Source: Haliotis cracherodii
Taxonomy: Eukaryota
Length of the DNA: 63,587 nt
Reading direction: 5' to 3'
Assembly: GCF_022045235.1 (NCBI RefSeq)
Contig: NW_027266265.1
Location: forward strand, 50,716,414 to 50,780,000
This document shows positions 48,141-62,000 of this stretch, piece by piece (position 1 is the stretch's first letter; each line of letters opens with the position of its first letter). A program made the translations under genes and the position numbers. A model generated the notes under the pieces. The model saw nothing but the letters and a program-made list of their open reading frames with translations, was not told where the DNA came from and did not search any database.

Positions 48141-49914
48141 ACTACTGAGTTCACATTTGGTTGGATAATTATATAAATTATAGTACAAAAATGGCAAATC
48201 TATAAAACCTTGCATGGAGCACGGTTGACACAAGAATATATCAAAAATACATAAATTTCTCTTATGCCATAGCCTGGTAGTGATTAGTGATAGTCGACTC
48301 ATCTTGTTAACATATTAACGTGAAATGCCTGTGATTCAATATCGGTAGTGTGTCTATCGTAACATCAAAGCAATAGTTGCACTTACGTCACTAATCGCAA
48401 TTTATCAAACCTTAAATCTCCGTTATTTTAAGATGTTAGAAAGAGTAATAAAAAGAATACTTTCAAAGCGTTTTAATGACCCGTTTGATAAACACGTTGC
48501 CTACATAACAGGTTAAGCAATGAAACCTTTACATGTCATCGGGTTCATTAATTCATCAATAAAGACATTCATTCATTTTTCATAAATTGTAATTCACTCT
48601 ACACTTGTTGATTAATTAACGCCAATATTTAAAATAATAATTGAAAAATTGTTATGTATTGCTGAAGTAATTATCACAAATAATAGATACGTTATGAAAC
48701 ATTGTTAATGCATCATGGAAACTGTTCAAATAATTTTAGTTTATTCAAATTGATTAAAAAAATATCTAACATAATATCAAAATGGTTTTTTTAGGGTAGA
48801 CATTAATATATCATTTAAATATAGTTGCTTATCTTAAATTGAGTAATCACGTTTGTGTTATTATAATTACATCAAGTATGTGAATACTGAAATACATACA
48901 AACAAACGCTTTCGATGTTAGGAAAGATGCACAGCTCAATTACTTTGACACGTGGGCACTGACAATATACTGTGTACCACTGTGTGTATTGCATTGCAGA
49001 AGGTGTCTACATAGCATGCGTTAACATCAAACACGTGCATACGCTCGTGTAGATCAAGGCATGAGAGTGTATCACACTTCAACAGCAAAATGAGAAACAA
49101 CTGCTTTCATCTTTCACTGACTTTGCGTCGAAGCGTGCTAGTATATTGTCATTTAAGCAGAAGGAGAATTTGCTGAAAGGATTACTGCTAATGTGGAATG
49201 CCACTCGTTCCGCGAAGCGAAATAGCATGGCTGAAAAAGTATGATTAAGTCATCAGCGATTGCGTGAAGAAAATTGTCCCTTTTCAACACACGGTATGAA
49301 CCAAGGTTACAGTTTATGGTGTTTCGCGCCACAAAGTATAGGAATTTCAGCCAGCGTTAATTCAGCGTGACCGCCCCCCACCCCCACCCCCCCACCGCGG
49401 GGGGTAGAGTCTGATCGTATCGTATCACTACAAGCCGAGTTCATATCATTCTGCTGATACGTATATTATTCTACAAATCCAGAATAAAAAATCAATTTCG
49501 TCCCAAATGGGGGGGGGGGGGGGGGCAAACTGGTAGTCTGTGTTTCTAATCGTTCTTTATACTGGGATGAAGTATTTGTGTTGTAAACGAAGTACATAAT
49601 GTTCCAAATACACCTTCTTTCATCTGCCGCCATCATGTGTCAACAAAGTAGTTTCGGCGCTTCTGGGTACATTAAAATCCATCTCTGATTTCAAGTCTGA
49701 GGAGAAAAACATTTTGAATTAAAGGTCACGAGTCTTCACATCAGCGTAGCTTATGAAAGATTTTTCATGATAAAAATGATGCATGTCGTAATAAAATAAT
49801 TTTACGACGTACCACAAATGAAGTAATGTCAAATCCATTTTATTAATATTTCAAAACTATGTTTTGTCTTTACAAAGTGAAAGTTTTTTGTATCAAGGCC
49901 ATGCCACAATGATG

Positions 49915-50415
49915 CCTCGTTGCCATCGTGGTATAATCTGTATGTTGCCACCGTGGTGTAATTTGTATGTTGCCAGCGTGGTGTAATCTGTATGTTGCCA
50001 CCGTGGTGTAATCTGTATGTTTTTGTCACCATGGTATAATCTGTATGTTGCCACCGTGATATAATATGTATGTTGCCATCGTGGTGTAATCTGTATGTTC
50101 TTGTCACCATGGTATAATCTGTATGTTGCCACCGTGGTATAATCTGTATGTTGCCATCGTGGTGTAATCTGTATGTTTTTGTCACCATGGTATAATCTGT
50201 ATGTTGCCACCGTGGTGTAATTGTATGTTGCCATCGTGGTGTAATCTGTATGTTGCCACCGTGGTATAATCTGTATGTTGCCACCGTGGTGTAATCTGTA
50301 TGTTTTTGTCACATGGTATAATCTGTATGTTGCCACCGTGGTATAATCTGTATGTTGCCATCGTGGTGTAATCTGTATGTTGCCACCGTGGTGTAATCTG
50401 TATGTTGCCGCCGTG
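49915..50415. repeat. 25/28-bp minisatellite, ~19 units
   Basis: gtatgttgccaYcgtggtRtaatct with an interspersed longer variant gtatgtttttgtcaccatggtataatct. Confidence 0.93.
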
Positions 50416-50529
50416 GGGGCATACCATATCAACTTCAGGTTGTCCGTGTAAAGGTAAATATCAACATCTAAAACAACAACAACAACATTAAAACAACAAT
50501 GTCTAATATGTATTCATATTCGTATATGG

Positions 50530-50670
50530 TCATCGGGTAGCCCAGTTGTAAAAGAGTTCACTTGTTACGCTAAAGGTCCGGAATCGATTCCCTGCATGGG
50601 TATAATGTGTGAACCTTATTCTCAGGTGTCCCCTGCGGCGTAAAATCAGACTCGCTCATTCACCCACTCA
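50530..50670 (+). mobile_element. SINE family A, diverged
   Basis: gggtagcccagttgtaaaagagttcacttgttacgc...tcgattccctgcatgggtataatgtgtgaa...gcggcgtaaaa. Confidence 0.72.
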
Positions 50671-51663
50671 TATTCGTACATATGTAACAAGAGTGATTGA
50701 GTGAGTTAAAATTTAACCTCGCATCGGCATTATTTCAGCCATATAGCGACGATATATAACAAGAAGATGCATTACGCCCATTATGAAGAAGTGATAGTTT
50801 CATAAGGGATTTAGCAGCAATCACTTCCCACGACGTAGACCATCAACAGTAATGACTCTATTTCCTTTTCTGTGGTTTCTGTAGCTCACACAAAAATATA
50901 TTTAAGTTGCATGACAGCAGGGCAGATTATTTAAAATTTACAAAAATACGGTACATATATTATTTACCCATTATTTGAATCCTTATTTCACAAAACTTTT
51001 GCTAATCCCTTTAACACACTTATTTTTGAATAATTTTTGTTCAATACGAACTGTGGAATTTTAACAAATTTAACTTAATAAACTCACAAGTATACCGAGG
51101 TTTTTGCATCAAACTATAAGCAGCATATGAAAACGAGAGAGTGAGTGTCAACTTCTATGTACTTATTTTCTTGTATACATTTCTTTCTTGTCCTTCACGA
51201 GACATAGTCAATTGTATGCATAATAAATACCACCTGATGCTTAAATATCAAATATGAGCAGGCTGTTCACATCCATGTTGGTCTTGGAGAGGTATGTTTG
51301 TCAATTTGAACTTGTTCAAGACGTTTTGTTTCCGCTATACTGTATAATGTGTACCACAGCTCACCATTTCAATAACGAATGCCAATGATGCTAATTGTGT
51401 GGGTGGCGGATGCAACCAGAAGGCCAGGACACGCTTGCCTATTTCGCGAACACCTGGTGTCATAACGGATTTTCTATGGTCATTGTACGCCTGTTAGAAT
51501 CTGTTTCGACAGATAATCCTCTGATGTTGGTGTTTTATACTTACGATACAAACACCTATCCCGTGGTTCATGTATATCGCTACTCTCAACTGATTCTAGC
51601 CAAAATTATTTTTTGCGGTGTTTGCAAATTCTGCGCACTGAACCTACTCAGCCCTATGTTTAA

Positions 51664-52388
51664 AGGGGCACTGATCTAAAGCAATTCCCCGGGACTGGTT
51701 GTTGCCTTTGTTATTGTTTTTTCCCGTGAGTACCCGGATGATATAGCAGAAACCTAGACTAGTTCGCGACCTGTGCTGCGCAATTCGTAAGCGCATTTGT
51801 CACTTTTATTGATAGTATAAGTATCTATCAACAAAATGAAATACAGTTTTGGAAATAATAAGGAAATGTAGGTATCTTTGTGGGTAGCATCGGTAATGGT
51901 GACGATAAGTCACTTGCTTGGTAATTGTGAGATTTTCGCTTACACTATTTTGACTTGCAACGCAAAGTAAATATTTCTCCTGAGCATTGCTTTTTTTTTC
52001 GTGTTTATATTTTTTACAGTCAAAATGTGCAAAAATTTCACTTGGGAAATTTATTAAAAGCCTGAATCACTTTGATTGTTTCAGGTGCTTCACATAGGTG
52101 TCAAAGATCGGCTGAGAAAGCCCACGTGACAGCTATTTTCATAACGTCCTCGGTACCTAAAAAAATCCATTGAGTTAGATAACAATGAGGAATCAATCAA
52201 TATATTATCGGTTAACCCTTTGAACAAAGTATGTTGTTTTTACATCGGCACTTCACGCCATGATATGAGTGTATTCTCTTTGTTTTAGTAAACAGAGACA
52301 TGTAAACACTCATCCGGGTACACACGGGGAAAAAACAATAACAAAGGCAACCACCAGCCCCCGGGAATTGTTGTAGATCAGTTCCCCT
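51664..52388. mobile_element. Non-autonomous Kolobok-like DNA transposon (725 bp)
   Basis: TTAA-aggggcactgatcta...gtacccggatga and tcatccgggtac...tagatcagttcccct-TTAA: ~78-bp imperfect TIRs, TTAA TSD and AG...CT termini (Kolobok pattern rather than piggyBac CC...GG). Confidence 0.85.
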
Positions 52389-55300
52389 TTAAACAGTTAT
52401 AGTCTAAGTGCGGCTATATTTATCGTCACAGCGTTACGTCAAATGTTGTAAAATAATAGTACGTACGTTATATTTCATAATAAATTATCAAGTTAGCCAA
52501 GACCATCATTGAGAATAGACAAGGCCTAGTCATACGTCTGAACAGTAAATACCCAACTGTTTTAATCATTATTAAACACAAGAAAAATCTATTTGAAAAA
52601 AATAGTTTCAACCTGTAGGTGGTCAGTCTCCCAGTCTCCCTGACCCGTGAAAAAAATTTAAAAGGAGTCTGGAATGATTTGGCCCCAGCTCCTGAAATTA
52701 AGGATTGTTCTGAGCTGCATTTGAAGTTTATTTTTGTGTTTTGTCTATATATATATTTTTAAATAACATAACTTTATTTCAGGGATAAATTGTCAGTCTA
52801 ACCTGTAGGCTACCCAACTACGTAATCGGATACACCAGCATATTTCTCACGTGATTTTTTCGTGGAAATATGGTATCTAGGTAGACATTTGAAAACTATT
52901 TTACGCAAAGAAAAAACAAAGTAGACAAGACAGAAGTTAGAATAGTTCCTATCCCGCCCATGCGTTCAAAGGAGTGTTAAAACTAGTTCGATGTCAAACA
53001 ACTCAATATGCACGGGTAAAAGGAAATAGATATACTTTATGTTTTAGAAAACGTAGATGTCTTCCTTGGATTTACAAATAATCGTGAATATGAATTAAGA
53101 AAATCAATAATGATATTGATAATTAAAAGTATCAGTTTCAACTTACATAAATCGAGCATAGGCCTTGCATAAACAGTGTTCTCTAAATATTTATCATTGT
53201 CCGGATTATGCGGTGTCCAGAATAAAGGGGTCCATTGTGCACCGCATACGTTGTAATTGATTGTGTACACACATAGACAATACAGATCTATCTAAGAAAT
53301 ACAAAATATACAAGTCGATTGACAATAGTCATTATAGAAACAGTCAATATCTATAGGCTTGACATCTGGAACACAATTCAAAGAACAAACTATATAGAAA
53401 ATCAATTGATAATAATATGCGTAGCCATCGTTGCCATTGCTTGGTTCAGTAAGTGGATACCGCTGCTTTGTTATGACCCCTCGCAACAGGATGTGAACGT
53501 CATGACGTGTTTGTTTCTTTGTGAATATGGCACTATATCATGGAATCTCCATCATACCTCGCGGTGTCACTTTTACACTTCAATCGCTGGCCAGGGGCAT
53601 TTATTCTAAAAAATGTCCACTTTTAACTTTTCCAACATAAATGATAAATCTTTTATGTTTCATTTTGGCATGTTTGGAGATCTTAACATCCCAAAGTCAC
53701 AAACTGCGCATATTTCCTAAAAGAAACGGAGCATTGTTTCGGATGGGCGGATGATACGATGGATGCGACACAGAGACAAATACTTTAAACCATACCAGAT
53801 CTCTTGTAGGCGGAATTCGAAACCGTTATATTGCAGAACATTCCGTAAGAGCCTTTTCAAGAAATTAGAACCTGTCCCCAATGATATAGCCGTATGTGCC
53901 CTCTGCAGCATGTGTTACTGCGAATTAGAGATAAAGCGATAGATAATCCGATAATCCCTGCGTTAAATACCACACATAACCCACACGCCTGTTTACGCGT
54001 ATATAGACCATGGATGAAGAACGTTTTATGATGTGGACCTGCTCCGGTTGTCTCAAGTGGGGGTCATGCTGCTAGCCCTACAAGGAAGAAGCGATTACCC
54101 CGTCCTATCATGCGACTATTAAGAGATTTACCTGTGGAACAGGTAAACAATTTAGACAATAGGGGTCTGTTCGGTCCGTCCCCCCGCCCCCTCCTGACAA
54201 TACGACCTGTGTGTTTCTATATGAGGAAAAAACCAACAGTGAAGACGTTATGATGTAGGCGAAGTCAGTGCTGTCTTTGAAGTCACCCAGGAAGAACTTG
54301 GCGAATTTGCGGTTAATTCGATAATCTCTTTACCTGCGCGAAGTTTGGGGATCCCACGAGCATCAACGCAGTTTTGACATTTTCGGACTAAAAATATCTA
54401 TAACTTCAAACCTATATTCGCATAGTGTGCATTCCAATGAATCCATTGAATACCTGATTTTATACTGCTTCCAATTTCTTGTAATTTCTGATTGGCATGG
54501 TGGTGGCATAATATATTGTTAAAACAAAATGCCAAACATGATCCGACATCGTGAGTACGTTTCATTTTGTATCAACATCATAATACTTTTTTGCAGCATT
54601 TAAGTACGATTTCATATTTACAATATTAGTTTCGTGAAATTTTACGATTTCAATATTTCATTAAGTTTCATCATTACCATGCTAAATTGCATGATCTTTG
54701 CGATATTATCATATACATGTGGTTGATGAAAACAACGATATTAATACTGTTACGCATTTACAATTCATGTTTTTTATTTAACATATTAATACACATATTA
54801 TTCTATAAAATCATTAAAAATGATATTCCATCTTCTACAGAGGGTAATTATTTAATATGTTTTATACGTTAAGAATATTTTGAGTTATGCTGTTCATCCT
54901 TTTCAAAAGATTGTCAATAAAAATCATCTAAAAAAATAATAATAATATAATTGTATAATAATACGTCAGCTGTCACATGGTACTCAGTAATTAACCTACA
55001 TGGAAGGCAATCCCATATCTTTCAATTAACGCTGAACCATCTACATATCAAATTACCACAGCGGCATACAATTATACACTCTTTTTCTTAGAACATAATT
55101 ACAGGTATCCATATTCAATTATCACTTTTGCATGCGACGGACGACGCGTAATATTACTGTTAGACTGGTTACTTGTTTACAGGGGCAATCAAAGTTAACG
55201 ACAATCAACCAACTTCACGTGCGCGCCTAGCGGTACATTATGAAATGTATTGTGTTTTATTGCAAGCAATATGTCTAATTAACATTTTAATGCGAATTTG

Positions 55301-55496
55301 GGCTTTCTTTGTGATTCATGGTCACATGCTATTTATATAGTCGGAATCGTTCATAGGACTTTTAGTAGAGATTTATTATGATTGTGATTTTGCTTTTATT
55401 GTGTGTTATAGATAATTGCGTATGATGTTTACATTAGTAGAATGATTGTCTGCATTGTTTTCTTCTTCGTGCAAATTTTATATCTAGTTATTCTAA

Positions 55497-55729
55497 AATG
55501 CCGGGCAAAATAAAGTTTACAGTTAAAAATTGGATTTAACCAACAAATTATAAACGTTACCAAAATGTCACTCTACCGACACAGTCGCCGAAACACAGCA
55601 TACATAAGGTCCAAAACACAACTATGATACCCGTATCAAATACATCACCATCGAATAACAATTATTTGTTTGTTTCAATTTTAGCCACCATCAAACATGG
55701 GTGTATGTTTTCTTTTACCCGGTAGTTTA
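55497..55729 (+). mobile_element. MITE family M1
   Basis: tgccgggcaaaataaagtttac ... cagtcgccgaaacac ... gggtgtatgttttcttttacccggtagt. Confidence 0.8.
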
Positions 55730-58207
55730 TTTGCTAATGCGCAATGTTTTGGAAATCGTTTTGGGTATCAAATATGCATTATTTCCATCCAATAACGTCA
55801 GTTGAGGCTATGTTAGTTGAGGTTTATGTCATCATTTCTCTTTACAAGTGATTAGGGTGGGCAAGGCATCCAGTATGACCAACGCCACCAGTCTGCTACT
55901 ATTCATTAACAGAGGTGATATATGGTTGAAGACATACGAAGCTAATAATGAGTACTGAGCGCATGAAGACTACACCGCTGATTATTATTATTTTTTTTAA
56001 AAGCTCTAAAAAACTACCATGGCGTCGCCTGCATTTGTTCGAATATACACAATGCAATGTATTGTAAAATTATTAATTAGACCGTGTAAAGACAAAATTG
56101 TCAAACGATGTAATTACTATGTTTTGGATATGTTCATTAAAGTTGATAGATTGTTGTTTACTGAAATGATTCCAAACATGATTTTGGTAATTTTACATTA
56201 AAATCCATAAACTTACATTTATAGAAATGTCCGATAGAGTATATTTGATAATGATTGATTTCATACTTAATATCTAAATACGTTGCCCCCACCCCCCACC
56301 CCCCCACCCCCCGCCCCCAGTTTATTTTTATCCTGGTGAGGTTGGATGGACCAAGGAGACATATAAATACAGACTCCCTGGAAGGACGGATGAGAAAGAA
56401 ACTATGTTACGCAATTCTTAATCTTTTGTTGTAGAGCAATAAATTTCACGCCGATTTCATTGTGATTACATTACCGCAATGAACAACTGCTTGTTTATTT
56501 CACCAATTACAAGGCTAATGTATTCAAAAAGTCAATAGAAAATCACGCCCGGGGGTCATATGTGTGTCCCCCACCCCCGGGAAAACATCAACATGCTAAG
56601 CACCTCAGCAGGGGAACGCACAGACGGTACACATGGTAAAGCCATTCGACCCTGACCAGTAAGCATGCCTTAGTGCCCCGTGGTCAAGCCGTGGTCAGAT
56701 AATCTAATGTACTTACAAGACGGACAGTTGGTATATCATTACCCGTCCGAACAACCCTTTGAACCTGCACCGGCACGTGCTAGCACAAACGCCCAGGGGT
56801 CACGTGGACCTAATTTAAATCAGGGATTATTTACATACTCTCTACCTTGGTGTTAAAGAAATCGTACATGGCTGGTGGATCAGTGGCGAATGCTTTACCT
56901 GTTCCTGGAGATGGTGATTACATGAGTGAGTTCAGAACCTGCGTTGGGGAAGGTGGTTGGCCTTTATTGCTAGAGCATCTGTTACCTGTATTAATCAGAC
57001 GTCCACAGGTACAGGATTAAGCTGCCACCTATAGGTCGAACACAACACAACAGCAGATTTCTCCCAAACCTTGAATACACTTGGCACAGTTGGATATTAG
57101 ATTATAGTAGACGACGAAGGAGGAGATTAGTTTATCATGGGTCACATATTGTATATAATATAAGATTGACAATATACAAAAGCAGGACCACAAGATTGCA
57201 TTAAATATACGATTTGAACATGAAAAAAATGTAGTNNNNNNNNNNNNNNNNNNNNNNNNNNNNNNNNNNNNNNNNNNNNNNNNNNNNNNNNNNNNNNNNN
57301 NNNNNNNNNNNNNNNNNNNNNNNNNNNNNNNNNNNNNNNNNNNNNNNNNNNNNNNNNNNNNNNNNNNNNNNNNNNNGTAAGTACGTGTACAATAAGTACT
57401 TGTGACTGAACTTTACGCTGACTTGGTTGATACATGTCATAATATCCTAATTGCGTGGATCGATGTTCATGATGTTCATGATGTAAGTCACTGCATTGTC
57501 TGGTGTGGTAGTAAAGTAAAACACATATTTTTTTACTTCATGAAAACAATGTTGTTCTGAATGTCGAGAATTTGGATGGATAACAGATATTTCGAAATTT
57601 AAGAACTCGGCCAAATCTAATTCATCATTAGTGGTTACTGCTCGTTTCAATTTGTTGATAACGGATTTTATAATGGAATTTCTCTGTTGTTTGTTTCACC
57701 CGGAAGTAATATAATAATGATTTAGAAATTCGCATATTCGCAACGAAAGTAACATTGAAGTGCCGTCAATGGCTGGGTGTCCTTTGGGTCATTTTCTTCA
57801 AATAGATTGCAAAGGCTGACCATAGTCACTGGGATCATTTTGAGGACATACTGAAATACTATGAGCCAATGGCAGCAGCAATCTGATAGCGGTAATGAGG
57901 ATGTAGTGTTAATGGCGAGATGTTCCAGAAAATAGCTTGCCGGAAGTGTCGATCACACGATACTACTATGATGGATTGTGGTTGAAACCTCGATAACGTC
58001 AGTTAATCCGTGATTATTGTTCAATTATTTCCAACCTGACACACGCTATGCATATTAATCAAAGAGTCTCTAGCATGTGAATTTCAGTGTTGTTTATCCT
58101 GGATACGATGACCTTAGATGGTTGACCTCGGTTATCTCCTAACTGACCGTAACACAGGACATTAATGTCATCACTGGCGTTGCTAGGAAACAGTGGACCA
58201 ACAATGT

Positions 58208-58435
58208 TTGCCCAAGAGAAAGTATCTCATACACCAATGTTTCTTGGGTCCCGTTTGATGGTGGCTAAAAATGAAACACATGAGAACTGTTTTTTGTTGG
58301 TGATGTATTTGATACGGATAGCATAGTTGTGGTTTTAAGTTAAAGTTTGCAATGTTTCGCGACTTTTTTCAGCCGTCTGTCATTTTATGGTCAAATCCGA
58401 TTTCAAGTGCATACTTTCGTTTGCCCGGCAGTGTA
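58208..58435 (-). mobile_element. MITE family M1
   Basis: tttgatggtggctaaaa...ggtgatgtatttgatacgg...gtgcatactttcgtttgcccggcagtgTA. Confidence 0.78.
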
Positions 58436-58579
58436 TCATTACACATGATATGGTGGTGCTTGTCATTCCATACAAACATGCTTGAAGATATTTCTGTTTA
58501 GATTTTCATGTATAAATGTTTACGGACGTGAAAATGTGTATATACATATGCTTATTGATACTTACCCTTCCACACTTAA

Positions 58580-58835
58580 CGGCGGGGTATGGGTGACCCA
58601 GGCGTCTGAGGCTCTGCGATTCGTTGTTCATTCGTTGTGTCGGAGTTCGCGTTTAACCTTTAGACGTGTCAACCCCTGAATCGCGTGGTTATAAGTTTTT
58701 AGGGTTGCTAACACGATACCCATGCTCGTGGGTTTCACCAAATGGGTAAATGTCTAAGACCTACACCCCTTCGAGCTGTCATTTCACATCATGATTTAAC
58801 TGAAATACTGTTCACAATGGCGTTAAATCAAACTC
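58580..58835 (+). mobile_element. Diverged SINE family D
   Basis: atacccatgctcgtgggtttcaccaaatgggtaaatgtctaagacct...aactgaaatactgttcacaatggcgttaaa. Confidence 0.65.
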
Positions 58836-59039
58836 TCCCTGCGACATGTATAAATATGCATGTTATCTTTTATCAAATTGCTTTTAATTATTCGTTATAC
58901 ATTCGTATATTATTCGTTATACATTTGGTGGTGATATTGATAATTACATTTTGAAATAGTTTTCGTGACTGTTATTACAAACAAGAATGCTTCAACATAC
59001 ATCCTCATGTAAACGTATCCTTATCAAGGTAAACCCACC

Positions 59040-62000
59040 TTTTTTATTGTCTATACTAAATCCATCTTTCAATATCTATACTACATCCTTCTTTCATTAT
59101 CTATACTACATCCATCTTTCATTGTCTATACTTCATCCTTCTTTCAATATCTATACTACATCCATCTTTCAATATCTATACTACATCCTTCTTTCATTAT
59201 CTATACTACATCCATCTTTCATTGTCTATACTACATCCATCTTTCATTGTCTATACTTCATCCTTCTTTCAATATCTATACTACATCCATCTTTTTTTTT
59301 ATCTATACTACATCCATCTTTCATTATCTATACTACATCCATCTTTCATTGTCTATACTACATCCATATTTCATTATCTATACCACATCCTTCTTTCAAT
59401 ATCTATACTACATCCATCTTTCAATATCTATACTACATCCTTCTTTCATTATCTATACTACATCCATCTTTCATTGTCTATACTACATCCATCTTTCATT
59501 GTCTATACTTCATCCTTCTTTCAATATCTATACTACATCCATCTTTTTTTTTTATCTATACTACATCCATCTTTCATTATCTATACTACATCCATCTTTC
59601 ATTGTCTATACTACATCCATCTTTCATTGTCTATACTACATCCATCTTTTATTGTCTATACTTCATCCTTCTTTCAATATCTATACTACATCCATCTTTT
59701 TTTTATCTATACTACATCCATCTTTCATTGTCTATACTACATCCATCTTTCATTGTCTATACTACATCCATCTTTCATTGTCTATACTTCATCCTTCTTT
59801 CAATATCTATACTACATCCATCTTTTTTTTTATCTATACTACATCCATCTTTCATTATCTGTACTACATCCATCTTTCATTATCTATACTACATCCATCT
59901 TTCATTGTCTATACTACATCCATCTTTCATTATCTAAACTATATCCATCCATCAGTGTCTATACTATATCCACCTTTCATAGTCTATACTACATCCATCT
60001 TTCATTGTCTATACTATATCCATCTTTCATTGTCTATACTACATCCATCTTTCATTGTCTATACTATATCCATCTTTCATTGTCTATACTTCATCCATCT
60101 TTCAATATCTATACTACATCCATCTTTCATTGTCTATACTATATCCACCTTTCATTGTCTATACTGCATCCATCTTTCATTGTCTATACTTCATCCATCT
60201 TTCATTGTCTATACTGCAGCCATCTTTCATAGTCCATACAACATACATATTTTATTGCTTATACTACATCTATCTTTCATTGTCTATACTGCATCCATCT
60301 TTCATTGTCTATACTTCATCTATCTTTCATTGTCTATACTGCAGCCATCTTTCATAGTCCATACAACATACATATTTTATTGCTTATACTACATCTATCT
60401 TTCATTGACTGTTATTACAAACAAGAATGCTTCAACATACATCCTCATGTAAACGTATCCTTATCAAGGTAAACCCACCTTTTTATTGTCTATACTAAAT
60501 CCATCTTTCAATATCTATATTACATCCGTCTTTCATTATCTATACTACATCCATCTTTCATTGTCTATACTACATCCATCTTTCATTGTCTATACTACAT
60601 CCTTCTTTCATTATCTAAACTATATCCATCCATCAGTGTCTATACTATATCTACCTTTCATAGTCTATACTACATCCATCTTTCATTGTCTATACTATAT
60701 CCATCTTTCATTGTCTATACTACATCCATCTTTCATTGTCTACACTACATCCATCTTTCATTGTCTACACTACATCCATTCTTCATTGCCTATACTACAT
60801 CCATTGTTCATTGTCCATACAACATACATATTTTATTGCTTATACTACATTTATATTTCATTGTCTATATTACATCCATCTTTCATTATCTATACTACAT
60901 CCATCTTTCATTGTCTATACAACATACATATTTCATTATCTATACCACATCCATCTTTCATTATCTAAACTACATCCATCTTTCATTATCTATACTACAT
61001 CCTTCTTTCATTGTCTAGACTACATCCATCTTTCATTGTCTATACAACATACATATTTCATTATCTATACCACATCCTTCTTTCATTGTCTATACTACAT
61101 CCATCTTTCATTGTCTAGACTACATCCATCTTTCATTGTCTATACAACATACATATTTCATTATCTATACCACATCCTTCTTTCATTGTCTATACTACAT
61201 CCATCTTTCATTGTCTATACAACATACATATTTCATTATCTATACCACATCCATCTTTCATTATCTATACTACATCCATCTTTCATTGTCTATACTACAT
61301 CCATCTTTCATTATCTATACTATATCCATCTTTCATTGTCTATACAACATCCATCTTTCATTGTCTATACTACATCCATCTTTCATTATCTATACTATAT
61401 CCATCTTTCATTATCTATACTATATCCATCTTTCATTGTCTAGACTACATCCATCTTTCATTGTCTATACTACATCCATCTTTCATTATCTATACTACAT
61501 CCATCTTTCATTATCTATACTACATCCATTCTTCATTGCCTATACTACATCCATCTTTCATTATCTATACTACATCCATCTTTCATTGTCTATACTACAT
61601 CCATCTTTCATTGTCTATACTACATCCATCTTTCATTATCTATACTACATCCATCTTTCATTATCTATACTATATCCATCTTTCATTATCTATACTACAT
61701 CCATCTTTCATTGTCTATACTACATCCATCTTTCATTGTCCATATAACATTCATATTTTATTGCTTATACGACATCTATCTTTCATTGTCTATACTATAT
61801 CCATCTTTCATTGCTTATACTACATCTATCTTTTATTGCCTATACAACATACCATTTTTATTACTTATACTATATGCATCTTTCATTGTCTATACAACAC
61901 ACGTCTTTCATTTTCTATACAACATACATATTTTATTGCTTATACTACATCTATGTTTTATTGTCTATACGACATCCATCTTTCATTTTCTATGGAACAT

